DNA of 61,558 nt, counting the filler, from Hausera hauseri (lineage: Eukaryota), in assembly GCA_046269625.1 (NCBI GenBank). It is 12 parts of 12 records of this genome, joined end to end, with 100 filler letters (N's around TTAATTAATTAA, not from the genome) between each part and the next. Parts side by side here need not be neighbours in the genome. Positions count along the whole stretch, not along the records: positions 34,088 to 39,951 come from JBJURY010177751.1; positions 40,052 to 44,635 come from JBJURY010517904.1; positions 44,736 to 50,185 come from JBJURY010253069.1; 9 more parts are not named here. One strand, 5' to 3'. The number at the start of each line of letters is the position of its first letter. Within the stretch, counting starts at the first letter, position 1. The position numbers and the translations under genes are program-made. Under the pieces are notes generated by a model. That model worked only from the letters and a program-made list of their open reading frames with translations. It was not told the DNA's origin and made no database searches. This document shows, in pieces, positions 35,606 through 48,990 of the stretch.

Positions 35606-38471
35606 CTATGTGTCTAAGGACCCTCTTGGCAGATAAAGATGTCTAATTTGCTGAAAAATTGTTAAGACTGTCTGTGGTTTGAAAACTAGATTGTCGTGTA
35701 CTGCTTTGTTTCTGCATGTCCAAATGAGTGTTCTGTACTGGGAGAGCAGTGAGATTAAGAGTGTCTCTGTGTCTTTGGATGTTTTGGGTATCTTGTTTAA
35801 CATTATAGCTAGGTAGATGTCTATTGTTTGTTTGCTTTGTTTTTCTAGTATGTTTTGTAATGCCATTCTAGTTGGTTTTATTATTTCGCAGTCTATGAAT
35901 AAGTGAAATTCACATTCTTGTATACGTCTGTGACATAACTGGCAGGGGATGTAACTGTTTTTTTCAGCTTGGCTAGTTTCTCTGTTGTGGGAGTTATTCC
36001 AAAAAATGACCCTGAAAGTGATTTTCTTCCCTTTAGCTGTAATGACCGGATTATGTAGGTGTGTAAAGGTGTCGGTGTAGTCTGTAATCAAATACTGATA
36101 CCCTCGTTCGATCCTTAAATGTAATGGAGGCGCTTGTACCTTAACTAGATGTTTGTATATAGTATTTGCTTTTTTATAAATAGTGTTTCGTGTCCCGTAA
36201 TTGCCTGTATGTAGAATGGTGTCAGTGTTCCAAAGTAGTGTGGGATTGCATTGTTTAGTTTCGTCAGTCTTGTTAATTCCAGTCCGATGTGATAGTTTGC
36301 CAGTGTAAGCTGTTCTGGCTGTTTTATTATGCTACTTACGTGATTTAAATAAGTCAAAATGAGTTTAAAAAAAAAACAAAAAATGAGTTAAAAAGAGTCT
36401 TACCAGTAGACAATAAACAGACACTACATTACGACCACGAGGTTTTCATCGGGTTCAAAAACATACAGGACGCGGCGAACAGCAACTAGCACAACTACAT
36501 CGAATAAGAAATGAAAGATAGAGAATTACATGGTGTAAGAAGAAGTGAGTAAGAAGTAAGTCCTAGTATCCATGGAGCAGGCACGATTGGCCGTAATGAG
36601 GATGTCATTGACCCCAGAGTGGTTGGGGCCATTGAAGTGATCCGCGACAGCACCTGATCCACGCCGGTTGATGTTCAGCCATTACTTATTTTGCGTGCTT
36701 GGATTTTTGTTTTTATGTCTTGAAGAGCTATCCATCCTTGTCTCTTGTCTTGTATTAGGGTTTTATGTTGAATGCCGTGTATGGTGTGTCTAAAGATGAA
36801 GTGTCTAATGAGTTTGGTTATTTCCTTCATCGTCTGTTGCGGGGGTTCCCTAACTGTGGCTACGTAGATTAGTTTCGGGATTATATATGTGTTTACCACT
36901 AAGCTTCTACCAAATATAGTTGTTGTTTTGTATTTGTATCTATCTAGCATGCATGCGATTCTCTCAACTAGATTTTGCCATGTAGATTTGTGTATTCGGT
37001 TTGGGTGGGCCGGGAAAGTTATTCCATATATTTTTATGCTGTTGGTCGGTGTTAACCCGAAAGGGAAATCGGCTTTATTTTTCCATTTCCCGATTCCCAT
37101 TATGAAGGATTTTTGCACGTTTAATTTGGAACCGCTACCTTCCCCAAATTCCGAGAAAGTATTCAGAATTTGTTTAATGGACTGTTCATTTGGCGGGAAG
37201 AAAGTGGTGTCGTCTGCATATGCACGCAGTTTTTGTTCACCTTTCCCTTGTATGAACAGGCCTTTGATACTTTCGTCCTGTCTAATTTTCTCTAGAAGTG
37301 GTTCAAGGGCTAGGACGTAGAGTAGAGGGGATAGGGGACAGCCCTGCCTGACAGATCTGGTTAACCTGAAAGTCTCTGTAAATGAATGATTTACCAAGAC
37401 CTTGCTCTCGGGTTTAGTGTAGAGAATCTTTATCCAGTCTCTGAAATAATCTCCCATGTTACAGTGTAACAATGTTTTATGGAGATATGAGTGTGAGATT
37501 CTGTCAAAGGCTTTCTCCTGATCTAAAGAAAGGATCGATGACTGACAGTTTTTATGGTGTGCGTAGTGTATGATATCTCGTATGAAATGTGTGTGGCTGT
37601 GAATGCTCCTGTTTGTCACACTACATTGTTGGTCTTCGTGTATGAGTTTGGACATGAAAGGTTTGAGCTTGTTTGTTAATGTTTTGGTTAAGATTTTGTA
37701 GTCCGTGTTTAGTAATGATATTGGCCTGTAGTTTTTGAGTTGTGTCCTGTCTGATTTGTCTTTAGGTATAAGTGTGATGTACGACAGATTAAAGCTAGAT
37801 GGGAGTTCTTTTCTTTGAAAGGATTCAGAAAATACCTTCAAAAGGAAGGGTCCCAACATTGGAAAGAAATGTTTGTAGAATTCTGCCGTAAGTCCGTCTG
37901 GTCCTGGTGATTTGTTGTTTTGCATTTCATTTGCTGCTAGTGTTATGTCTTTTAATGTCATATCTGTATTAAGAGCCTGTTTGTCTTCATCTTTTAGTCG
38001 TTTCGTGTATTTCATGAAACTGTCTTGTATGTGAGTCTGGATTCTTTCTTCGGTGTACAGTTGTCTATAATAGTTTTCAAAAGCCTGTGTTATATTGTGT
38101 GGTTCTGTCTGTATATTCCCCTGGGTGTCTACTATTTGTACTATCTGTTTGTTGCGTTGTACGTTTTGTTCTATTGCCATGTATTGCTTACTGGGTATTT
38201 CTTGTGTGATTGTGTTTAACCTAGTGCGTAAGAGTGCCCCTTGGAATCTGTGTTGTTTATGTTGTTCGAGTTCATCTTGTAATGTGAGCAACTGTGGTGC
38301 GTTCTTGTCTGTTTGTTTCGTCAGTTTAATTGCTTCTTCTATTATACTTTCTTCCTCTAGTCTCTCCCTATGAATTATGGCTGCTATGAGTTTGGTTCTC
38401 TCGCGTATTGTATTTTTCAGCATTTCCCAGTGTTTGTCTATGTGTTCATAGGGTATACCTAATGCAAGCAA
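35606..38471 (-). mobile_element. 5'-truncated non-LTR retrotransposon (L1/Tx1-like) ORF2: RT plus C-terminal zinc finger, interrupted at ~36355-36685
   Basis: KSPGPDGLTAEFY, NYRPISLLNTDYKIL, LDQEKAFDR, VRQGCPLSPLLY, YADD, and CQLC..HLFIDC. Confidence 0.93.
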
Positions 38472-40051
38472 TGGAGACGACGAATGAATTCAGCCAGAAT
38501 TATTGTTTTATATATCAATAAGTATGAAGGACCGAAATAAATCTTGTTATATTCTTAATAATAATTGCGAGTTAAATGATTAAAAAGTGCATTAAATTTT
38601 CCTCATTCTCTATAAGATTATAATGTCTTTTTAGGTTACGAAGAGGAAACATTATAATCATACTTAGAAAATTAAAAAGCTGAATAAATAGTAATATTTA
38701 TATTAAGACTCATTTTTTTCAAAACATATAAGCTATTTCCCTTGAATGGTTTTGACACCGTTAACTCCCTTAAAACGTATTGAATTTAAAGCAAGGGGAC
38801 GTGACAAGAATGCCCAAAGTGAATACAGCTGGATCTAACAGAACATAATGACTGGTCTATTTTGTAACAAACAATGACTGACGTACAGCGTAAATCCTTA
38901 TTTTTTAAAAATATAATCTTTATTTATCATCCAATTTTACACCATAAGAGATACATTTTTTTCCCAAACATATATTGACACTTTTTGTCTGCTTATCAGT
39001 TGCATGCAGCCTTAGAGAAGGACTATTGAAAGGGGTTTTTACATTTATGTGGATATTTTGGGATTTTGACCTTCGTTTGGTCATTTTGACATGGGTAAAG
39101 ACTTGACAATATAAAATGAGGGATATAAACAGGGTAGAACCTGTTTGAGACTTGCAGAAAAGTAAGAAATTTTTACATAAACCTGGTCCGTGAAGAGAAA
39201 GGAGATAATTATGTTGCATCGTATGGGGAGGATTACAGCCAGTTACATGGCACATACAAATTATTAGCGTCAGTCGAGGGGGGTAATTGAAATAGACTAA
39301 CATATGGGGAGGAACATAAGACCATGTAAAGGAGAGTATTATCATAAAAAATGAAATCCATTTACGACGTCCATACAAAACAGAAAAAAAAATTGTGTAC
39401 TGTAGATAAATAGAAAAATTACAAATAGTGTATATTATGTAGTAGTTATATAAAAACATTTCAAGCAATTTATATTGTACAGTTTGTAATATATTGTTGT
39501 TGTTTGATCTCCTCATCGCCGAGTGTCAGCTCTTCTCGATGAGCCCTGATAAGGGCTGTAGTCCTAAGAAGGACTCACGAGTAGTTGAGTTGAGCATTCT
39601 TTCTGTCCCAGTGGAGTCTAGTAGGGTGGACCAAGATCCCCCAGGCTTTAGTGCTTAGCCTCCTAGAAGTGATCCACCTCTCAACTGGGTACCGTGGCGA
39701 TCCTTCCAACGTTGGCCAGAACTGCTTCTGTTTTCATGACTCATTACGAGCAAACGTTGAAAGGTCTTGGCCATTATGTTCGTTCCTGGCCCTGACGAGC
39801 TTGCTAAGCGATCTCAAATCTCAGCATTACTGGAATATATTAAAGCACCGATAATGTGTGTTACAGAGTATGATCATACACTTTGCTTTGTATTATGTAA
39901 TTACAAAAGGAACTTTGTGGCAAATGATAGACCAAGAACACTCACTCCAATNNNNNNNNNNNNNNNNNNNNNNNNNNNNNNNNNNNNNNNNNNNNTTAAT
40001 TAATTAANNNNNNNNNNNNNNNNNNNNNNNNNNNNNNNNNNNNNNNNNNNN

Positions 40052-42016
40052 GTTAGAATTTTCTTCATTTCATCAAAGGCCTTTTGTTCGACATTGGTCC
40101 ATTTCCATTTGATCCCTTTTTTAGTAAACGATACAAAGGTGCATTTATCTTTGCATTGTCCGGTACGTAAGTAGCATAATACCCACACAACCCCAACCAG
40201 TGTTTTAATTCCTTCCGATTCTGAGGTTCCATGCAATCTGATATCTTACTTACTAATGATTGATCCGGTTTCGACCCTCCTTCTCCAACTATATGTCCAA
40301 GGTACGATACAGCATTTTGGGCCCATTTACATTTCTTGCGATTCAGCTTCAATCCAGCTTGATCCAATCTCATGAGTGTACCTTCAATGTCTTTTAAATG
40401 ATCCTCTTCCGTTTTCAACGCAATCATGACGTCGTCTAAATAGGCAAATGCCTGCTGCAGTTTCATTAGCATTTTATTCATCATGCGGGTAAAGATGGCT
40501 GGTCCGGTAGTTATACAAATGGCATAATATTAAATTCGTATATACCATCGTGTGTATTGAACGCCGTTTTATAACGATCTTCCTCCTCTATTTATATTTT
40601 CCAATATCCAGATTGTAAATCGATGGTGGTAAACCATGTAGCTCCCGAAAGTCTATCCAAAGCTTCCTTTACCGATGGTAACGGGAAGAAGTCCTTCATA
40701 ATAAGTGTGTTTAATGCTCGATAGTCGATGCAAAATCGATGCTTGCTAGTACCTTTCTTCTTAACCATGAGTATAGGTGAATACCAAAATCTATAGCTTG
40801 GTCTAATTATGTCGGCCTTTCACATTCGTTCAACCTCCTTAGTTATTTCTGGCCTTAAGGGGTGTGGAGGAGGGTACCATTTGGGCATCTTTTGATCCTT
40901 TTAATCTATTTCGTCGTTGGAATTAGGCTTCTTCTTAAGTGGAATCGTGAGTCTTAGAGTTTTGGCTCGACCAATATTTTATTCATCTCTCGTGATAATC
41001 GAGCTATAGCGACAAAGTAATTCGTAGAATCGACAATATGATTCTGATAAAAATTTAGTCTCAACGTGCGGTAGAAAATCGGCACCCTTATATGGTTTCT
41101 CTTCGATGGTAATTAATGATACTCTATACGTATGTCTTAAAGTGGTATTGGCGTACAGTTTGGTTGGAGTGGGCGCATTATTCGCTATTCTGATTGGCAC
41201 GCGGCCTGTTGATACTCTTGTCAAAACATTTCTGAGCACGAGGTTTGGATCGAGCGATTCCCTCGGCTCGAAATAGATTGGCTGATCGTCATTTTGACGT
41301 ATCTGAGCATATATTAGGATTTCGGTTCTAGATGGTATGATTTCATCCACCGGAATCCACACTTCTCCGAATTTTCTGTCTTTAGTGGTTTTAAATCCTT
41401 TTATTGGGCCAAGTTCTACCAACTTGCCTGCATTAAAATCAATTGCTATATTAGGTAGTTGCCTCAATAAATCACACCCTAACACTACATCATCCTTTAG
41501 TTGCTCCATTACTGAGAATTCATGATGAAAAATTTGTCCCATTATGTGAATTTCTGGTTTCCAACGGAATTTACTTTTCGACGATTGTCCGAATGCTCCG
41601 ATGCTTCCTGGGTATGTCGTAGGAGGTGGATGTAATTGTTTTCGTAAGAATTGGGGTATCGAATCATATTTTATCAACGATATTTTGGATCCTGTATCTA
41701 TTAGTGCATAAACCTCCCAATCGTCAAATTGAATCTTAGCGAAGGGCCTGCATTCAATTACCATACCGTAATAGTTTAATGCTATCTTGGGTTGTCGTAT
41801 GGTAGACACTTTATAACCATTGATGGTTAATTCAGTGGTTCCAACTGGCTGTTCGACTAATTGTCTTAATTCTCCCGTTGGGTATAGTTCGTTATTTGTA
41901 CCGTTCGCATTTTCTACTCCTTGGCTTCTAACTGGCGGCTGTACATCTTGATTTAGGAAATTTCGTGTCTCATAATTTCTGGTAAATATTAACTGCATTT
42001 CATTTGGTTTTGGCAC
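40052..42016 (-). mobile_element. Gypsy aspartic protease and reverse transcriptase (decayed)
   Basis: ALIDTGSKISLI, VVLGCDLL, RFCIDYRALN, DLQSGYW, YLDDVMI, YLGHIV. Nearly collinear with 44736-45780. Confidence 0.93.
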
Positions 42017-42030
42017 TCTAGGCGAGTAAA

Positions 42031-44500
42031 TTATACCATGGCCGTCTCCTGCTGGTCGACGATGTGGAGCAGACGTCTTTCCGTTTCATGGATCTTACGC
42101 AATATCCCGGAGCGTTTGGTTCCTTCGTAAGGATCTTCTAGATTGAATGGCTTCTGATAGAGGTCTGTCTGGCACGAACTCATAGATTGTTTCTCACAAT
42201 TTTCATATATAGGTGCCGTTTGCGGCAGTACCGGTAATGGTAGTTTCATAACAGAGTAATTTTTGTGCCTATTTGGCCTGAAAATGACATCTCCCTTAGG
42301 CTCGTCATCATCAGAATTATTTCTTCGCGTCTTATTTTCTACGAATTTTTGCCTGTAATCAAATATGCGTCTTTTACGTTTTCGATTATGGTAGCCAACA
42401 TGTCGTTTTACCTCTGTTTTCCATTTACTCTGTTTATAAGCCTTTAAGAATTTGCCAAAAGGAGTAATAATGGTCGTTAAAATTTTGCACAAAAATCTTG
42501 TCAAGGTAAATATCTCGTATCCATTTATAACGGCTTGAATTATTGCTTTTATCAGTTGCATTAAGAAATATATCTCTAGAAATCCTGACACTGTTTGTCT
42601 GAATATCAGAAAACTTCCCCAAATTTTGTACAATATTGATGTAGTTACCTTCTTGTAGTAGACAACACCAAGTAATGACTCCCATTTTGCGTGGTAACGT
42701 GAGTCCTCTAGTACTTTATGCATCGCTCTATTCAATTCATGTGTGCGCTGTCGAGGAAAAGCGAGAAATTGTCTAAACGCCTCTACTTCTTTTGGTCGGT
42801 AAATACCCTTCGCAGCTGTATCTTGAAACTTATCATTGGTTATTCCTTTTATCAGATTTGTACCTGTTAGCTTGGTAGGTGGTGCAATAATACCACCATT
42901 GGGTAAACTTACCCAGTCGGTTCCGCTGCGTCTAAACATCGGTTCTCCTAAACTAGTTTTACAGTCTCTCAAAATGGTTGGTTGAGTGGCGTTCGTCAAC
43001 AATACTCTGGTAATTGGTGTTGCTAACCTCGGTATGTCTTGATATATTACCGGAAGCTCTTGTATACACCTCTTCTCTTCCACATTAATCGGTACATCTT
43101 TCTTCTCGCACTCATACGTCAATAACACTTCTCCGGTTACTCGTCCAAAAACACCTTCCTTCATCGGAATTATTGGTGATGCCAACTCGGGGTTTGCGTA
43201 TATTAGAGCTAATTTAGTTCTCATGATTTCCAAATCCAATTTATAATCGTTTGTTATCATTTTACGATATAATTCGGCTATTCCGGCTTGTCCCTTATAG
43301 TGGAAATAGTCGTCTCTGTTCTTCAGATAGTCTTCAATCCGGATGACCTGAGTCTCGAGTTTGAACGTTCTGGCGTTTATTTCTGTCTCGGCTATAAAAA
43401 AATGCTTTGTAGTTGGTGGCATACATTACCACGTCGCATCTAGAGAGCATATCTTTCTTTATAAATTTTAATCCGTGATCATCAGAAATCAGTAATGTAG
43501 GTGTGGATTGTTCGGCCACATCCTCTCGCGTTTTAGTGTTAGTTTCCGGGCTACTTATGTATCGTTTTCCCGTTGTAACGTTGAATTTCAGTTCTTTAAT
43601 TCTAATAAAATTACAATCAGTCTTGGCTGGAGGTTCCCAGATTACTACAGAATTCAGGAATGGGCATGTGCCATCCTGAATATGGCATTTGTGGTTCTCG
43701 GTGTAAAGCTTAGTAACACTATGGAACATCACTTTCTGCATACGCATTTCAGTTTCGTAAAAATCAACCACTAGGACTTTCGGCTCTAATCCTTTTCCGG
43801 TATCGTATTCCACACCTTGGCAATGTCCGGTATGCATGTCTAGCCTTCCAGCCGCTATTTTGTATACTCTGATTATTTTCCCCTTCTGTATCTCTAGTTC
43901 CATGCCATCCCACTTTATTCGTCCCGTCTTTCTTGCTTGCTTACAATGTTGTCGTTCTAAATTCATCGGAATTGGTGGAGTCGTCGATTTGATTATTGAT
44001 GAGTGTCCATGTATCAGCCCACAATGGAAGATGCTGCGAGATCGTCGCAAAATACATTCTACCCCATATTATGCAATTAGTTCACGTTGTTGGTATAGTA
44101 CGTAACTTTTTTCTTTTGTTTCTAATTTGTGTGGTCTTGCGTCTTCACACATTTCCAAGTCCATTAGTGAGTAATTTTGTCCGAGTCTAAATTTGTCACA
44201 ATCGTATACCGTGACTGCACCCATTTGTTTTATCAACATCATCATGGTCAGAAAGTTTATTAGCCAATTCGATTCATTTCCCCTGCGATTTCCAGTTACA
44301 TTTCGTAACAATTCCCCGAACCTATTGTTATCGAAGAAGAATCCACACTGATGTTCTTTTTCTTTTTCGAATAACTTAGACCAGTTCACTTCTCGGAGTA
44401 GCTTTCTGGCAGCCTTCCTTGCTAAGCTAGTAGCCTTGATGAACTCATTTTCTCGATTTGGATTGGTTTTAATGGCCAGGTAGAGCAGCACTTTTCTCAA
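42031..44500 (-). pseudogene. Chuvirus-like envelope glycoprotein (frameshifted over three ORFs) upstream of Gypsy pro-pol
   Basis: Signal WLINFLTMMMLIKQMGA then VYDC..YSLMDLEMC. FHCGLIHGHSS, C..ARKTG, AGRLD..GHCQG, GEVLLTYEC..CIQELPV..PITRVL, PMF, GIY..FPRQR, W-x2-F..LIKAII..INGY, then a basic tail. Order matches my recollection of Chuviridae-type G proteins. Confidence 0.8.
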
Positions 44501-44735
44501 TTTCTCTATAGTATTCTCTATATAATTTTCTCGATTATCATTTCATCACTCAAGGTGCTCTTGGCTAGTTTGCACCGGAGGCCTTTCATGGCCTTGGCGG
44601 CATTAAATATGGCCTTCTCTTTCTCATCTAACATANNNNNNNNNNNNNNNNNNNNNNNNNNNNNNNNNNNNNNNNNNNNTTAATTAATTAANNNNNNNNN
44701 NNNNNNNNNNNNNNNNNNNNNNNNNNNNNNNNNNN

Positions 44736-47557
44736 CGAATACCCCCCCCCACGTCGAAACAAAATTTTCACCGGAATCCTACTGCCGATTCTACAAATTA
44801 CTTTGTCGTTGTAGTTTGATTGTCGCGAAAGATGAAGGAGATATTGGCCGAGCGAAAACCTTAAGGCTTACAATTCCGCTTAAGAAGAAGCCTGGCTCAA
44901 ACGACGAAATAGACTTGGAAGATCAAAAGATGCCAAAATGGTACCCTCCACCACACTCGTTAAAGCCAGAGATAGCCAAAGAAGTTAAACGAATGTTAAA
45001 AGCTGACATAATAAGGCCGAGCTATAGATCTTGGTATTCACCTATACATATGGTTAAAAAGAAAGGTACCAGTAAGCACCGATTTTGTATCGACTATCGA
45101 GCATTAAATACACTCATGAATAAGGATTCTTTTCCGTTACCATCAGTAAAAAAAGCTTTGGACAGACTTTCGGGAGCTAAATGGTTTACTACACTCGATT
45201 TACAATCTGGATATTGGCAGGTAGAGATAGAAAAGGAAGATCGTTACAAAACAGCATTTAAGACACACGACGGTATATATGAATTCAATGTCATGCCTTT
45301 TGGAATTACTACTTGATCAGCTATCTTTACCCGCATGATGAACAAGATGCTAATGGGACTGGAACATGCGTTCACCTATTTAGATGACGTCATGGTTGCC
45401 TCGAAAACGGAAGACGAACATTTAAAAGATATTGAAGGTACACTCATGAGGCTAAAACAAGCTGGATTAAAACTGAATCCAAAGAAATGCAAATGGGCTC
45501 AAAATGCTTTATCTTACCTTGGACATATAGTCGGAGAAGGAGGATCGAAGCCGGATAAATCATTACTAAGTAAGATATCGGGTTGTATGGAACCTCAGAA
45601 TCAGAAGGAATTAAGACACTGGTTAGGTCTGTGTGGGTATTATGCTACTTACATACCGCACAACGTGAAGATAAACGCACCCTTGTATAGTTTATTGAAA
45701 AAGGAAATCAAATGGAAGCGGACCGATATCGAACAAAAGTCTTTCGATGAGATGAAGAAAATTTTGACTATTGAACCTGTTTTAAGATATCCTGATTTCA
45801 ACCTACCATTCATAATCAAAACGAATGCCAGTAAGGAAGGTAGCGGATATGAACTGGCTCAGAAACGAGAAGACGAGGAGTTAGAACACCCAATCGCATA
45901 TGGAGGGCGTTCTCTAAAGAAAGCTGAGAAGAACTATTCCGTAAAAGCACTGCTACATTTTAATTTATACGTCTATGGACAAAAGATCGTAATCGTTACT
46001 GATCATAAGGCAGTTACAACCTTAAAGGGTAGAGCAAATAATCCGACGTGTAGACTGAACAGATGGATAGACGAAATTTCACGTTATAATATTGAATTCC
46101 AATACAAGCCAGGAAATAAACACATCGATGCCGATGCATTATCGAGACTTAAAACTAAAACAAGCGCAGTTACTGTAATGAGGAAAGCACACCTCGAAGA
46201 CTTAGTAGAAAGACAGCGGACTCTCGTGCTAGATAAAGCACTAAAGATTGTTGACGAACAGAGAAAAGACAGGGTTATACAACAAATTATCAAGTTCGTT
46301 GATACCAACGTAACACCCAAGGATCACCAGTTACGGAAACACCTACGACGATATGGTCACAAATACTGCGTTGCTGGAGATTCGAACCACGAAAATATGT
46401 TATACTACGAACGAAAAGGACGAAAATTAGTCGTCATACCAAAGGGACTACGAGCAGAAGTACTCATAGCCGAGCATGATTCATACTTAGCCGGACACGT
46501 CGTGGAAAAAGACATTGGAAATAACATTAAATAAGTACTATTGGCCGATCATTTACATTGACGTGAGAAACTGGATAAATGCTTGTGAAGTGTGTGTGAC
46601 CAAGCAAAGAAAAGTGAAAACCTATGTCGCCGAGCTTAAACCTATCAACGTGCCTGATAGACCAACGCAAGCAATGTCTATGGATATTGTAGGACCACTG
46701 CCTACAACACACAAGAATAACAAATACATTTTGACCTGCGTAAACCGACTGACTCACTTCGTCGAACTTGTAGCGTTATTAGACCAAAAAGCCGAAATCT
46801 TGGCAGAAGCGGTAGTCCGGAAGATAATTTGCAGATATGGGCCACCCGAACAAAGTTTGACAGACAGAGGAAGAAACTTTACGAGCGAATTATTTGATAA
46901 AATTACCAAGATTTTCGAAATTGAACGACTAACTACTACAGCTTATTACCCTCAATGTAACGGAATGGTCGAGCGGATAAACGCGACCGTTATACGAATC
47001 TTATCGACAGTAGTCGCAAAGGACCAGAATCATTGGGATGAGTTCTTAGAAGGTACACAGTTTGCTATTAATACTACACCACATCCTGCGACAGGATTCA
47101 CTCCATTTTTTATGATGTACGGAAGAGAAGCTGTGCTTCCTACAGATTTAGGACTGATTCCATATACAACCCAAACGGAGGATTTAGAACCAAATTTTGT
47201 CGAAGTATTACAATCAAGAATGCAGAAGTGCTGGGAGATAGCCAAGGAATTATCTAGAGAATACCAGGAACAGTTCAAGAAGAAATACGGTAAGAAAGCT
47301 AAACCTCACGATTTAGAACCGGAAATTGGGTTTATGTACACCACCCAGTGGCAAAGAAAGGCACATCTCTTAAACTTACCAGAACAGGCAGAGGACCTTA
47401 TGAAGTTACTAAAATTACGCCGACCACAGTTTATATAAATAAAAACGGCAAGGAAGAGGTCGTATCAATTCAGAGAGTAATTAAAACGGAAATAAGACCA
47501 GGTAAACGCTATAATTTGCGTTCGAATAAAGTTAATAAGGAAAGGAAAACATCGTAA
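44736..47557 (+). mobile_element. Gypsy pol (RT, RNase H, integrase) with stops and frameshifts
   Basis: RFCIDYRALN, MPFG, YLDD, ADALSR, H-x4-GH..CEVC, MDIVGPLP, LTDRGRNF, PQCNGMVER, GPY. Confidence 0.95.
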
Positions 47558-48844
47558 ATCGTAACCAGACCGATATCATATGTACAAATAATTCTTGCCC
47601 CATCGTTAATCGCTTCTTATGTACCCAAGGTGACATCAATAACTAGAGCCGAAAAACTACGATAAGCAATGAAACGCAGGGATATCCAGAACATTCAATC
47701 ACTTAGAGTACACGATATGGATTGGAGCAAACCATGTGCGTGGTTCGAAGCAAGCGAACCCTTTCGGAGTTATGTGAAATTTCAAATAATATTTGTAACC
47801 GGAAACACGATGAGACCATGTGATTTTCCGTACGGACATCACAAAAGATGTTGTGATCTAAATTTTGGAAAAGCCTACGCATATCGATTTCAAATGTTTT
47901 ATTCTAATCAGTTTGGAGCTCAGGCATATATACTTTTAGAACTTGTAATAAGAATGCCCCAACAAAAGGAGGCAAATCAGGCCAAGACGGACGCAATAAT
48001 CCAAAATACTGACTCGTTTAAAAGACTCTTAGATTATAACATTATGGGAATTTACAAGGACTTAAAAAATCAGTGTATACAAATTGAGACCAAAATAGAG
48101 CTGCCTGGAGACCGACAAATTTCTGTCCGATTTATACCATTGAGGTCTTCCGTCCCTACTCCGGAATATTGTTATCTGGCCAGACGCCGACCTACTACGT
48201 GCTGTGTAATACAACTAGGACAGGATTATCAGTTACAATTGGACTTGTACAACACGTATCCCGGAGAATAAAGCACTTATTTAAGAAGATACCGTCCGAA
48301 AAACGGAATATGGAAACTTCCATTCCCAACCACTACGAGAATACCATCCATTGCTCCAAGAACGACTCTCGCTACTACGATCATTACTTCGGACGAAATG
48401 CCAGGAAGCATACCAGTTAAGATTTTGGCAAAAAGCGATAGAATTCTATTTTACGCTGAAGAGACGTTTGATCAAGACGTCAAAATTGAATGTCACACTT
48501 TGCACACCTACCAAGTTGTGATCCTGAAAAGGAACAGTCAGGAAATTGAATGCAGGTCATTACGACCGCAACATGACTATATAGTCAGAATTACCGCAAA
48601 TGGTAAGAACCCTAAAACTTATACAGTGCGGACTCTAGACAACAAGGTAGAAGTAATGCAGTATAGAGATCTTAGTACGCAAAATGTGTTTCCCACGAAA
48701 AGTTCTACTGAACCGAATAACTTACCGATAATAGCTATATTTAGTTTGTTAATTTTCGTTCTTATCATATTAACAGCGATGATTTTTCTAGTTTCCAAAA
48801 ATTATAAGAAACGCTGTAAAATCGAATGGGAGATAAATGGGTAA
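47558..48844 (+). pseudogene. Post-integrase type I membrane protein with three FN3-like Cys-rich domains
   Basis: ISYVQIILAPSLIAS signal. PCAW..CDF..RCCDLNFG..Y, QCIQ..YC..TCC..Y, IECRSLRPQHDYIVRI. TM IIAIFSLLIFVLIILTAMIFLV followed by KNYKKR. Confidence 0.75.
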
Positions 48845-48865
48845 AAAGGCACCGAGAAGGACCTT

Positions 48866-48990
48866 ATGATAGCATAACCTGACAACTACAGATCGGGTTA
48901 TCCTATCATCAGACAGAGAAAATGTTTTGTTTCTAAACGATGATCTGTCTTAGGATTGGCCTTTATTTTTATTTCAGCAGAGTAAGTATG
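48866..48990 (+). promoter_or_regulatory. Conserved RNA hairpin, 3' splice-acceptor-like site and ATG
   Basis: ATGATAGCATAACCTGA-10nt-TCGGGTTATCCTATCAT (48866-48909), then CTTTATTTTTATTTCAG|CAGA GTAAGT ATG. Homolog at 58010-58134. Confidence 0.65.

Noticed and set aside
36889-38373. Plus-strand ORFs inside the LINE (and similar antisense ORFs over Gypsy, pPolB and UPF2)
   Set aside because: Shadow frames of real opposite-strand genes.
38920-39516. 198-aa minus-strand ORF
   Set aside because: Low-complexity AT-rich composition and no motif; probably spurious.
42016-42090. Programmed -1 frameshift from G into protease
   Set aside because: Frames overlap, but no canonical X XXY YYZ slippery heptamer is present and this copy has other decay frameshifts. 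Cannot be supported from one copy.
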